Source of the DNA: Rubrivivax sp.
GTDB lineage: Bacteria > Pseudomonadota > Gammaproteobacteria > Burkholderiales > Burkholderiaceae_C
Direction: 5' to 3'
DNA: 49,722 nucleotides
Assembly (NCBI GenBank): GCA_035440985.1
Contig: DAORNK010000001.1
Location: 1-49,722, forward strand
This document shows positions 31,556 through 43,325 of this stretch, piece by piece. The position numbers were made by a program, and so were the translations under genes. The stretch's first letter is position 1; each line of letters opens with the position of its first letter. Under the pieces are notes generated by a model, which did not search any database, was not told where the DNA came from, and was given only the letters and a program-made list of their open reading frames with translations.

Positions 31556-32787
31556 GACCGATAGTCGGCGTTGATGCTGACGTAGTCGTGGGACAGATCG
31601 CAGGTCCAGACTTCGGCCACGGCGGCGCCGCGGTGCAGGTCCACACGCACCGTGATTTCACTCTGCTTCATCACGCGCTGGCCATCGGCTTCCTGATAGG
31701 CCGGGTGGCGGCCGCCCTGGCGGGCCACGTGCACGTCGTCCAGGTACAGGTCAATCAGGCCCTGGTCCAGGTCGGCGATGCCCGCGTAGCCTACGGCGGC
31801 CAGGATGCGGCCCAGGTTGGGGTCGCTGGCAAAAAACGCCGTCTTCACCAGTGGTGAGTGCGCGATGGTGTAGGCCACCAGCCTGCACTCGGCTTCGTCT
31901 CGGCCGCCCTGCACCTGGATGCGGATGAACTTGGTCGCGCCCTCGCCATCGCGCACGATGGCCTGCGCCAGTTCGCTGGCCACGGCGAACACCGCTTCGC
32001 TCAGCGTGCGGCCTTCGGCCGAGGCCAGATCGGCGATGGCCGCATGGCCGGCACGGTGCGTGGCGATCAGCACGAACGAATCGTTGGTGCTGGTGTCGCC
32101 GTCTATGGTGATGCGGTTGAAGCTCTGGTCGGCGGCCTGCTTCACCAGGGTGTCCAGCAGGTGCGGCGCGATCACGGCATCGGTGGCCATGAAACCCAGC
32201 ATCGTGGCCATGTTGGGGCGGATCATGCCGGCGCCCTTGGAAATGCCGGTGACGGTGACCGTGCGCCCACCGATCTGCACCTGGCGCGAGGCGGCCTTGG
32301 GCAGCGTGTCGGTGGTCATGATGCCCTGGGCGGCGTCGGCCCAGCCTGCAGACTGCAGGGCGGCCAACGCCGCGGGCAGGCCGGCTTCGATGCGCTCCAC
32401 CGGCAGGGTCTCCATGATCACGCCGGTGGAAAAGGGCAGCACCTGCGCTTCATTCAGGCCCATCAGGCGTGCGGTGGTGGCGCAGGTACGACGCGCCCGC
32501 GCCAGACCATCAGCCCCGGTGCCGGCGTTTGCGTTGCCGGTGTTGATGACCAGCGCACGGATGCCCTGGCCATGGCCGGCCAACAGATGCTCGCGGCAGA
32601 CCTGCACCGGCGCGGCACAGAAGCGGTTGAGCGTGAAGACGCCGGCGGCAGAGCTGCCTTCGTCCAGCGCAAACACGACCAGGTCACGCCGATTGGCCTT
32701 GCGCACACCGGCCATGGCGGTGCCGATGCGCACGCCGGCCACGGTGTGAAGGTTCGCAGGGTCGGGGGCTTGCAGGTTGACGGGCAT
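31552..32787 (-). CDS. argJ: Bifunctional ornithine acetyltransferase/N-acetylglutamate synthase
   Basis: [56 protein letters not shown]. Confidence 0.97.
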   Translation of the reverse strand: MPVNLQAPDPANLHTVAGVRIGTAMAGVRKANRRDLVVFALDEGSSAAGVFTLNRFCAAPVQVCREHLLAGHGQGIRALVINTGNANAGTGADGLARARRTCATTARLMGLNEAQVLPFSTGVIMETLPVERIEAGLPAALAALQSAGWADAAQGIMTTDTLPKAASRQVQIGGRTVTVTGISKGAGMIRPNMATMLGFMATDAVIAPHLLDTLVKQAADQSFNRITIDGDTSTNDSFVLIATHRAGHAAIADLASAEGRTLSEAVFAVASELAQAIVRDGEGATKFIRIQVQGGRDEAECRLVAYTIAHSPLVKTAFFASDPNLGRILAAVGYAGIADLDQGLIDLYLDDVHVARQGGRHPAYQEADGQRVMKQSEITVRVDLHRGAAVAEVWTCDLSHDYVSINADYRS

Positions 32788-33119
32788 GGTGGGTCGGCAC
32801 TCGACACTTGAATCAAGAGGCAGGGATTGTAGAAGTGGCGTGCATCTCTGAACCCAGGGAGTCGCAGTTTCCACAGCATTCGGCGTCCCTGCAGGCGGCC
32901 GCAAGGTGCGCACGCAACGGCACTGACATCGCAAGCGGGGACGTCCTCATCCACCCACGCGTCTAGGGTTTCTCGCCTCCCCCGTACTCGGGGGGGAGGG
33001 TGGAAAATTGACCGATAGAGCGAAGACACTTGAGGTTCTAAGTGGGGTTGGCCAACCGTTGCCCCCACCTGCCTAACTCGCACCGCATGAGCGGCCTGCT
33101 AACTCTTGAAAGCGGCAAC

Positions 33120-33845
33120 ATGAATTCTTCCTCTTGGCGAACTTGGCTTGGCGCTGCCGCAATCTCGCTAGCGGCCTTCTGCCCGGCGCACGCGAACGTG
33201 GTCACCTTCGACGACGCGCCGACGGGACTCGATTCGATTTTCGAAGACGGCCAGACGTTCGTGAGCGGGGGTTTTCGGTTTGCACCGACGGCGTTGTTTC
33301 TGCCTGCAGTGCCAGGCACATTAGTGGGGGCGATCAGCGATGCCGCTAGCATGCTTTTCGGGGCTCCGCCGACAAACGCTGACGGTCGCTTCTATGCAGG
33401 GTACAACGACGGCGGCGTTACGATGACCACGGGCAGTGATCGAGCGCTCTTCGTTGATGGTTTTGACGCGGCGTTTGTGCCCTTCGTGCCGGGGTTCTAC
33501 GCGGAGGGCTCTTTTGCTGGTTTGTTGGTCGCGTTTTACGAGGAGTTCAACTCCGCCGCTAGCGGCTTCGAGGTTTTTGATCTGGCGGCCGCGGATGCCA
33601 ATGGCGAGTTCGAAACCGTCACGATCACTGGCGCCGGTCTTGGGGCGTTGCAGGACAGAGCGCTGGCCTCCGTGACCTTTTTTGCGTGCGTGTTCGAAGG
33701 CGTCAGCTGCTTCAATCCTTCAACTTTCAACGATGCCTGGTTCGCACTGGACAACATCAGTGCGCGCGTACCCGAGCCGCCCACATGGCTGCTTGTCGCC
33801 AGCCTGCTGGGGCTGTTGGTAGCGCGCCGCCGTGTCTCCCGCTGA
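33120..33845 (+). CDS. PEP-CTERM surface protein
   Basis: Signal peptide ending PAHA, acidic low-Lys body, FALDNI, C-terminal VPEP + hydrophobic TM + ARRRVSR. Confidence 0.9.
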   Translation: MNSSSWRTWLGAAAISLAAFCPAHANVVTFDDAPTGLDSIFEDGQTFVSGGFRFAPTALFLPAVPGTLVGAISDAASMLFGAPPTNADGRFYAGYNDGGVTMTTGSDRALFVDGFDAAFVPFVPGFYAEGSFAGLLVAFYEEFNSAASGFEVFDLAAADANGEFETVTITGAGLGALQDRALASVTFFACVFEGVSCFNPSTFNDAWFALDNISARVPEPPTWLLVASLLGLLVARRRVSR

Positions 33846-33872
33846 AACAATGAAACAAGAAGGAGGAACTTC

Positions 33873-36800
33873 ATGATGAATATTGAGCGGCTTTCAGTCA
33901 TCGCGGCGGCCCTGCTGGTCTGCGGCGGGTCGGCTCTGGCGCAGGCCAGTGAGCGCAAGGGCTACATCGTTCAACTGGCCGATGCGCCAGCGGCCACTTA
34001 CCAAGGTACGGTCAGCGGCTTGGCTGCGACCCAGCCTGCGCCAGGCTCCAAGCTGGACGTCCGGGCCGCTCATGTCCAGAACTACCTCAACTACCTCGCC
34101 AGCAAGCGCGCGGCCACCTTGGCGAAGGTCCCTCAGGCGCCGACCTACTACCAGTACGGCATCGCGCTCAATGGCTTTGCTGCCCGCTTGACGGCCAGCG
34201 AAGTGAACCAGTTGCGGGCAGATCCGTCTGTGCTGGCCATCACGCCCGACGTGATGAGGAAAATGGACACGGTGTCCACCCCCCGGTTCCTGGGCATCGA
34301 CCAGCCCGGTGGGGCGTGGTCTCGCCAGGACGCGCTCGGCCGCCCGATCAAGGGTGAGGATGTCATCATCGGTCACGTCGACGGTGGTGTCTGGCCCGAG
34401 AACCTGTCCTTCTCCGACAAGGTGGATGGCCTCGGAAACGTCGTAGCGGCCAACGCGCCGGGAGCGTCGTTGGCCTATCAGCCATTGCCCGCTGGTCGCT
34501 ATCTTGGTAATTGCCAGGCTACCACCGGCGCGCTCGGCCAAAGCTTCACGGCGGCCAACTGCAACAACAAGCTGATCGGCGCGCAGTACTTCAACGCCGG
34601 CTGGAAGGGTGCCAATGCGCCGACGTGGGAGTTTGAGTACCTGGACTCGCCACGCGATCCGGACGGCCACGGCACGCACACCCTGTCTACCTCAGGCGGC
34701 AATGCCAACTCGCCGACACCCTCTGGCGCCTTGATCAGTGGCATCGCACCACGCGCCCGGGTGGCTGCCTACCGGGTCTGCTACAGCGGCCCGGGCGGCC
34801 CGGACGCCACCACCGGCAACGGGTGCTTCCCATCCGACAGTGTGGCGGCGATCAACAAGGCCGTGGCGGACAAGGTTGACGTGATCAACTTCTCCATCAG
34901 CGGAAGCCAGACCACGCCGCGTGATGCGGTGGGCGAGGCCTTCAAGAACGCTGCGGCTGCTGGCGTCTTTGTGTCAGCTTCGGCCGGCAACAGTGGGCCA
35001 GCGAACGCGGTTGCTCACCTGGGGACCTGGCTCACTACAGTGGGCAGTTCGACGCACGGCAGGCTGTTGCTGACCACGATCACTCTGGGCAATGGTTACC
35101 AGGCAACAGGCTACTCCCAGTTCCAGGGCAACGTGGCGATGGGGCCGTTGCCGGTGATCCTGGCGAGCGAGGCCGGTGTGGCTGGGGCCGATCCGGTCCG
35201 CCTTGGCCAGTGCTTCGCAGCGGCGGACAACAGCGGATTGGCCCTGCTTGACCCTATCAAGGTGGCCGGCAAGATCGTGGTCTGCGATCGCAACACGAGT
35301 GGCGGCAACGCACGTGTCAACAAGAGTCTGGCGGTCTTCCAGGCAGGCGGCCTGGGCATGATTCAGACCAACACCAACGCAGCGCAGACCCTTGTAGCCG
35401 ATATCCACTCAGTGCCATCGGTTCACCTGCCTTTGGCGAATCGTGCAGCGGTCCACACTTATGCGGGTGGTGGCCTGGGCACGGTGAGCTTCAGTGCCAG
35501 CGCTCAGGACAGTAGCGTGATCGCGCCAACGATGTCGGACTTTTCGTCTCGCGGCCCCAACAAGGGTGACGCCAATGTGTTGAAGCCGGATATCACGGCG
35601 CCAGGCTCGGACATCTATGCAGCTTATGGCAACCGGGCCAACGCCACGACAGCCAAGCGCAACGCCATCATCGCGGGTACCGAGTCGGGCGACCCAGCCG
35701 CCGCGAGTATCAGCGGTACGTCGATGGCCGCACCGCATGTGGCAGGTGCAGCGGCATTGCTGAAGCAGGCCAATCCAACTTGGTCGCCGTATGCCATCAA
35801 GTCTGCTCTGATGACGAGTGCGCTGCAGTCGGTCAAGCTAGTCAACGGAGCGGTTGATCCCAACCGGTGGGGCTACGGAGCGGGGCACCTGAACCCGAAC
35901 GGTGCGTTGGATACGAAGCTCGTCTTCGACTCGAGCAATGCCGATCACCAGGCCTACTTCAATAACACCAAGGCCGGTGGATCGGTGAATCTGGCTTCGA
36001 TCACGCGAAGTGACATAGCGCTTACTGCAACGGTCCAACGTACGGTCACCAACAAGGGCAATGCCACGGTGACTTACACGACAGCAGCAAGCCTGCCTGG
36101 TTTCACCATAGCCGTATCGCCGTCTCAATTCACGTTGGCTCCGGGCGCAAGTCAGAGCTTCGCGGTGACCATGACCAAGACCGATTCGATACAGCCTGAA
36201 GTCTGGTCGTTCGGCGAACTGGTGTTCAACGGTTCAGACGGCAGCAGCACTCGCAGCCCGGTCTCTGCGAAGGCACTGGGTGTGGTAGCCACATCCGAAG
36301 TGACGGATACGCGCGCTGTCGGCAACAAGACCTACACCGCGGGACTTGGATACAACGGGCGCGTGGTGACAGTGGGCACGGGGATGGTTGGCCTCACCGC
36401 CGCGATCAACAGTTCCTTTGCCTTGGTCAATGCGGCCAATCAGGGGGCAACTTTCTGCTTCAACGGTTCCGGCAACAGTCTTTGGTTCGACGTAGCTGCA
36501 GGTTCCAAGTTGCTCAGTGTGCGGATGTTCGATAGCGAGACCGGCGGTGGTGCCAGCACCGACTTTGATCTCGTTGTCCAGCGCAACAGTGCCGCCAATG
36601 GGTCGGGAACGTGGAGCACGGTCGGGGAAAGCACAGGCCTCACCTCCGAAGAAACGGTGAATCTGGCGTTGCCTCAGTCTGGCAAGTACAGGTTGTGTTT
36701 CCGGCCATGGTGGACAGGGCTGGTGTCCCAGGCTTTCCGTATCAATCGCTGGGTCGTCGGCCCGACGGTTGCGCCCGCGACGTTGCGCGCCCTGGGTGCT

Positions 36801-37022
36801 GGATCGGTTACAGCTGGCGGTGTTGCGACGCTGGCGGTGGCGTGGAATACACCCAGCAATGTTCGCTCGGCTGGTTTGGTTGAGTACCGTACATCTGCCA
36901 GTTCACCGACGATCGGAACGACGGTTGTGTTCGTTGACCCGGTCTCTGTGCCTCAGGCTTCCGTCGCAGCTGTAGCGAAATTGATGGTGGACAAGTCAGA
37001 GGTGGCCGAGCCTCTCGACTGA
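33873..37022 (+). CDS. Secreted S8 subtilase, plant/cucumisin-like (I9 propeptide, PA domain, Fn3-like and C-terminal domains)
   Basis: YIVQL...NGFAARL propeptide; IIGHVDGGVWPE (Asp), DGHGTHT (His), SAGNSG (Asn), SGTSMAAPHVAG (Ser); GKIVVCDR PA domain; AGGAGG RBS. Confidence 0.94.
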   Translation: MMNIERLSVIAAALLVCGGSALAQASERKGYIVQLADAPAATYQGTVSGLAATQPAPGSKLDVRAAHVQNYLNYLASKRAATLAKVPQAPTYYQYGIALNGFAARLTASEVNQLRADPSVLAITPDVMRKMDTVSTPRFLGIDQPGGAWSRQDALGRPIKGEDVIIGHVDGGVWPENLSFSDKVDGLGNVVAANAPGASLAYQPLPAGRYLGNCQATTGALGQSFTAANCNNKLIGAQYFNAGWKGANAPTWEFEYLDSPRDPDGHGTHTLSTSGGNANSPTPSGALISGIAPRARVAAYRVCYSGPGGPDATTGNGCFPSDSVAAINKAVADKVDVINFSISGSQTTPRDAVGEAFKNAAAAGVFVSASAGNSGPANAVAHLGTWLTTVGSSTHGRLLLTTITLGNGYQATGYSQFQGNVAMGPLPVILASEAGVAGADPVRLGQCFAAADNSGLALLDPIKVAGKIVVCDRNTSGGNARVNKSLAVFQAGGLGMIQTNTNAAQTLVADIHSVPSVHLPLANRAAVHTYAGGGLGTVSFSASAQDSSVIAPTMSDFSSRGPNKGDANVLKPDITAPGSDIYAAYGNRANATTAKRNAIIAGTESGDPAAASISGTSMAAPHVAGAAALLKQANPTWSPYAIKSALMTSALQSVKLVNGAVDPNRWGYGAGHLNPNGALDTKLVFDSSNADHQAYFNNTKAGGSVNLASITRSDIALTATVQRTVTNKGNATVTYTTAASLPGFTIAVSPSQFTLAPGASQSFAVTMTKTDSIQPEVWSFGELVFNGSDGSSTRSPVSAKALGVVATSEVTDTRAVGNKTYTAGLGYNGRVVTVGTGMVGLTAAINSSFALVNAANQGATFCFNGSGNSLWFDVAAGSKLLSVRMFDSETGGGASTDFDLVVQRNSAANGSGTWSTVGESTGLTSEETVNLALPQSGKYRLCFRPWWTGLVSQAFRINRWVVGPTVAPATLRALGAGSVTAGGVATLAVAWNTPSNVRSAGLVEYRTSASSPTIGTTVVFVDPVSVPQASVAAVAKLMVDKSEVAEPLD

Positions 37023-37075
37023 GTGATGACCCAGCAGGCCGCAGCGCGCAAGCGATCGGCTGAAGTTGAAACCGA

Positions 37076-37106
37076 GAAGGGAGCCTTAGGGCTCCCTTCG
37101 TGTTCT
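37076..37106 (+). terminator. Intrinsic terminator after the subtilase (possibly bidirectional)
   Basis: Perfect 10-bp stem GAAGGGAGCC-TTAG-GGCTCCCTTC followed by GTGTTCT, between convergent genes. Confidence 0.7.
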
Positions 37107-37160
37107 GGCGCAGTGCACTGGTGTAGTGCGGATCGCGACATGGTCTTGCGCACGCGATGT

Positions 37161-37730
37161 TCAGCCAGCAACCTGGTTGTACGCGGCAAAAAGCACCTGG
37201 CTCCCCAGCCGCCCCTGCGCATCCCTTTCATAGTTGCGCAGTTCGCCTTCGCGCACGAACCCCAGCGCATGCTCGGCAAAGTGCAGCGCCCGCAGATTGC
37301 CCGCTTCGCTGAGCGCCTGTACGCGCGCTGCACCCAGCTGAAACGCCAGGTCCACGCAGGCCAGCACCGCTTCGCGCATCAGGCCGCGCCCGGCGGTGCG
37401 CACATCACCCACGTAACCCACTTCACAGCGTGGTGTGGCGAAGTCCCAGCTGTGCAGGTCCACGCGGCCGACGTAGGCGCCGGTGGCCTTTTCAAAGGCG
37501 TAGTAGATCAGGCACTCGCCCCGTGCCCACCACAGCAGGTCGCGCGCGATGAAGTCGGCGCCCCATTCCAGCGTGCGCTCCTGCTGGGCAAATGCGATGT
37601 AGCGCAGGCCGGGTAGCGAGACGTTCAGGCTCTGCACGAAGAGCGCCGCAAACTCCTGCCGCGGCGCATGCAGCACCACGCGTGGGGTGTTCAGCTCCAG
37701 CGGCGCACCGACGAGTTGCTGGCCGTCCAT
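37161..37730 (-). CDS. GNAT N-acetyltransferase (RimJ/RimL-like)
   Basis: TPRVVL, EVGY, GRGLMREAV, N.RA...AE..LGFVREG.LR. Confidence 0.85.
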   Translation of the reverse strand: MDGQQLVGAPLELNTPRVVLHAPRQEFAALFVQSLNVSLPGLRYIAFAQQERTLEWGADFIARDLLWWARGECLIYYAFEKATGAYVGRVDLHSWDFATPRCEVGYVGDVRTAGRGLMREAVLACVDLAFQLGAARVQALSEAGNLRALHFAEHALGFVREGELRNYERDAQGRLGSQVLFAAYNQVAG

Positions 37731-37751
37731 GCCCGCTGCCTGGCTTGCGCG

Positions 37752-40499
<2,748 letters not shown>

Positions 40500-40690
40500 G
40501 CGGCGTCGGGTGGGAGGTGGTTCAACGGGAGGCATCGGGCCACGCACAGGGCGGCCAGACAGCGGCACTTGGGGATGGTCTGCCAGTCTGCAAGGGTGCC
40601 CGGACGGTGCGCGCCGGTCGTTGTGGGCGGCGGGGCCCGGCCAGGCCACGGCCCGCTACGGTGGGCCCCTGCGCCTGACAAAAGCGTTCA

Positions 40691-40699
40691 AGTTTAGCA
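40691..40699 (-). promoter_or_regulatory. Putative extended -10 promoter (TGcTAAACT) for secA
   Basis: Minus-strand TGCTAAACT about 190 nt upstream of the secA ATG. Confidence 0.4.
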
Positions 40700-40753
40700 T
40701 CTGCCCCTGCGGCAGCCCGCCCGGATGGGCGCAGGTGGATGTTCGGCGCAGCC

Positions 40754-41719
40754 TTACCGCTGGCCAGGGCGCGCGGCGAATTCCTTGATCGTGGCCGTCT
40801 GGCCGGCCAGGAAGCGGGAAGGGTCCTGCGGTGCGCCATCCACCAGCACCTCGAAGTGCAGGTGCGGTCCGGTCGAGCGGCCCGTGTTTCCGACCCTGGC
40901 CACCAGCTGGCCGCGGCGCACCAGGGCACCCAGGGCCACGTCGACGCTGGCGTTGTGCGCATAGCGTGTCTTAAGACCGTTGCCGTGATCGATCTCCAGC
41001 AGGTTGCCGTAGGCCGCGTGCCACTCGTTGGCCGAGACCATGCCGCCGGCCGCGGCATACACGGGGGTGCCCGGCTCGGCCGGGAAGTCCAGCCCGGCGT
41101 GCAGCGCCGGCCGCCCGTTGAAGGGGTCCGTCCGTACGCCGAAGCCAGACCCCGCGGGGCCGTCGACCGGGCTCGCGCTGGGAATCAGCAGGGCAGCCAG
41201 TCGGTTTTCCAGCAGGCGCGATTCGGCCAGCGTGAACAGGTCGGTGTTGAGATCGGCCACCTCGTCCAGTCCGGCTACCAGCGTCTGCAGTTGTTCGAGC
41301 GAGGGATTGCGGGCCGGCACGAAAGGCCCGCCCCGCGCCGCACTGCCCGCCGCGCTGCCGCGCTGCAACTGCTGCCTCTCTTCGGGCTTGACGCCTGCCA
41401 TACCCGACACCCGTTCGCCCATGGCTTCGAGCTTGACCAGCTTGGCCTGCATTTCGCCCACTTTCTGGGCGATCGCGTCGAGGTTCTCGCGCATGAAGCG
41501 GTCGCGCTGGGCGACCTCATCGCGCACGATCAGGCGCACCAACGGGCTGACCACGGGCCAGCCTTCGCGGGCCGCCTTGAGGAACACGAAGTGGTAGACG
41601 GTGCCCGACAGACCCATGATCAAACCAACCATAGCCAGCGCCGCCAACACCAGCTGCCAGCGCTGAAAGTGCAGTACCCGCGTGCGCGCCAAGCTGCCGT
41701 GCGTGATGAGCAGTTGCAT
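40754..41719 (-). CDS. M23 family metallopeptidase
   Basis: N-terminal TM and coiled coil, HAGLDF, YGN, TRYAH, GRSTGPHLHFEV; usual position upstream of secA. Confidence 0.93.
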   Translation of the reverse strand: MQLLITHGSLARTRVLHFQRWQLVLAALAMVGLIMGLSGTVYHFVFLKAAREGWPVVSPLVRLIVRDEVAQRDRFMRENLDAIAQKVGEMQAKLVKLEAMGERVSGMAGVKPEERQQLQRGSAAGSAARGGPFVPARNPSLEQLQTLVAGLDEVADLNTDLFTLAESRLLENRLAALLIPSASPVDGPAGSGFGVRTDPFNGRPALHAGLDFPAEPGTPVYAAAGGMVSANEWHAAYGNLLEIDHGNGLKTRYAHNASVDVALGALVRRGQLVARVGNTGRSTGPHLHFEVLVDGAPQDPSRFLAGQTATIKEFAARPGQR

Positions 41720-41734
41720 CGCTAGACTCCGTTG

Positions 41735-42049
41735 ATGGCTCAGAAATCGTTGTTCAACCAGGTGCCGCTGGACGCTGCACTGCGCGACTGCGAACCCCTG
41801 ACCGGGCTGCTGCAGCGCGTGCGGCAATCGCAAGCGCTGCTGGACGCGCTCTTGCCCTTGCTGCCGGTGCCGCTGCGGCCGCTGATCCAGGCCGGCCCCC
41901 TGGACGATGCAGGGTGGTCGCTGCTCGTGGCCAATTCTGCCGCCGCCGCCAAGTTGCGGCAGATGCTGCCGCAACTGAAGGCTGAATTACAGCACTTCGG
42001 CCACCCCGTGGCGGAAATCCGGCTGCGCGTCAGGCGGGGTGGCCGCTGA
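41735..42049 (+). CDS. DciA/DUF721-like protein
   Basis: LLVANSAAAAKLRQ..P.L...I.LRV pattern; divergent from M23-secA as in Burkholderiales. Confidence 0.72.
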   Translation: MAQKSLFNQVPLDAALRDCEPLTGLLQRVRQSQALLDALLPLLPVPLRPLIQAGPLDDAGWSLLVANSAAAAKLRQMLPQLKAELQHFGHPVAEIRLRVRRGGR

Positions 42050-42198
42050 CCCGACGCCTGGGGCCGGCACGGCCTTCGCCAGCTCAGGCAGCTTTACGCT
42101 CTTTCACACATGACGAGTGAACCGTGCCCGGGGTCTGAGCGTTTTCGAGGTGCGGCCCTGGCATCCAGCCAACAACCCCCGCGCTGAGGAGAGTCTTC

Positions 42199-42645
42199 AT
42201 GAGCTTGCGCAAGTTTGCCATCACCGCCACGGTGCTCCTGACGGGGGCCCTGTCAGCAGGCGGCGTCCATGCCGGCCCTAACGTGCAGTGGCAGGTGACC
42301 GTCGAAACACCCACCATCCGGCTGCCTGGCCATGTGGTCATTCCGCTGCCGCCGATCCTGGTGCCGCGGGCCGTGGTGACGGCACCACCGTACGATGATC
42401 GCGGCTACCGCGAGCCTCGCCGCTGGGATATCGATGGCGACGGCGTTCCCAATCGCCACGACCGCTCGTACAACCCGCGCTGGGATCGTGACGGCGATGG
42501 CATTCCCAACCGTCACGACGCGTACCCGAACGACCCGCGCAATGGCCGTGGCTGGCGCGGGCACCACGACGGCTGGCACCGCCATGATCGCGACGATCGC
42601 TACGACGACCGTCGGGACTGGCGTGACGAGCGCCGCCCTCGCTGA
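42199..42645 (+). CDS. Small secreted Pro/Arg/Asp-rich protein with two DxDGDG(V/I)PN repeats
   Basis: GAGGAG RBS, signal peptide, WDIDGDGVPNRHD and WDRDGDGIPNRHD repeats (57-nt period). Confidence 0.8.
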   Translation: MSLRKFAITATVLLTGALSAGGVHAGPNVQWQVTVETPTIRLPGHVVIPLPPILVPRAVVTAPPYDDRGYREPRRWDIDGDGVPNRHDRSYNPRWDRDGDGIPNRHDAYPNDPRNGRGWRGHHDGWHRHDRDDRYDDRRDWRDERRPR

Positions 42646-42675
42646 CAGGCCGCCGTGCCGTTCGCCTGTCGGGTC

Positions 42676-42751
42676 TGGTGCCGGCTATCCGAGTCGAACG
42701 GATGACCTTCCGCTTACAAGGCGGGTGCTCTACCAACTGAGCTAAGCCGGC
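42676..42751 (-). tRNA. tRNA-Thr (anticodon TGT)
   Basis: GCCGGCT TA GCTC AGTTGGTA GAGC A CCCGC CTTGTAA GCGGA AGGTC ATCCG TTCGACT CGGAT AGCCGGC A CCA; 76 nt, CCA encoded, C-A mismatch at the top of the anticodon stem; TACAAT upstream (42761-66). Confidence 0.97.
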
Positions 42752-42792
42752 ACGGCAACGATTGTAAAAGCCGAGCTTGCCGCCAGCGCGGA

Positions 42793-43317
42793 TCACTTCA
42801 CGCGCTTGAGCGACGGGCGGCCTGCTGGGGGGCCCGCTGGCTCAGGTGGCGGTTCCGGGGGGGGCTCGGTGGCGGCTGATGCAGGAGCTGGCTGCGCCTG
42901 CGATTCCGGGCGGGCTAGGCGCAGGCCCCGGCCCTGCGCGGGTGCTGCGGGTGCGTGCGCGGCTTCGCCGCTGCGGGAGCCTTCGATGGGCACCGGGAAG
43001 GCCATGCCCTGGCCGTTCTCGCGGGCATAGATCGCCACCACATGATCGACCGGCACGACGATCTCGCGCGCAACACCGCCAAAGCGCGCCTTGAACTCCA
43101 GCGTCTCATTGCCGATCTTCAGGCCCGAGGTGGCCTCGAAGCCGATGTTGAGCACGATCTCGTTGTCCTTGACGTGCTCCATCGGCACCTGCACGCCCGG
43201 CCCGACGAACACCGCGACATACGGCGTGAAGCCGTTGTCGGTGCACCAGTCGTGCAGCGCGCGCAGCAGGTAGGGCCGCGTCGACGTGCCCTGGTTGTCT
43301 GGCGTGGTGCCGGCCAT
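42793..43317 (-). CDS. sspB: ClpXP specificity-enhancing factor SspB
   Basis: RPYLLRALHDWCTDNG.TPY, ARFGG, AIYARENGQGM.F, C-terminal RPSLKRVK. Confidence 0.96.
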   Translation of the reverse strand: MAGTTPDNQGTSTRPYLLRALHDWCTDNGFTPYVAVFVGPGVQVPMEHVKDNEIVLNIGFEATSGLKIGNETLEFKARFGGVAREIVVPVDHVVAIYARENGQGMAFPVPIEGSRSGEAAHAPAAPAQGRGLRLARPESQAQPAPASAATEPPPEPPPEPAGPPAGRPSLKRVK

Positions 43318-43325
43318 CGAAGGAC

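Noticed and set aside
33049-33062. TGGCCAACCGTTGC as a sigma54 promoter for the PEP-CTERM gene
   Set aside because: GG-to-GC spacing is 9 nt, not the required 10.
42421-42519. Repeats with a 57-nt period as a CRISPR-like array
   Set aside because: Only two copies, differing mostly at codon third positions within a CDS; this is a protein repeat and there are no cas genes.
42063-42756. 11-bp direct repeat GCCGGCACGGC (42063 and 42746) as a tRNA att site
   Set aside because: It matches the tRNA 5' flank rather than the 3' end, is short and GC-rich, and no integrase is present.
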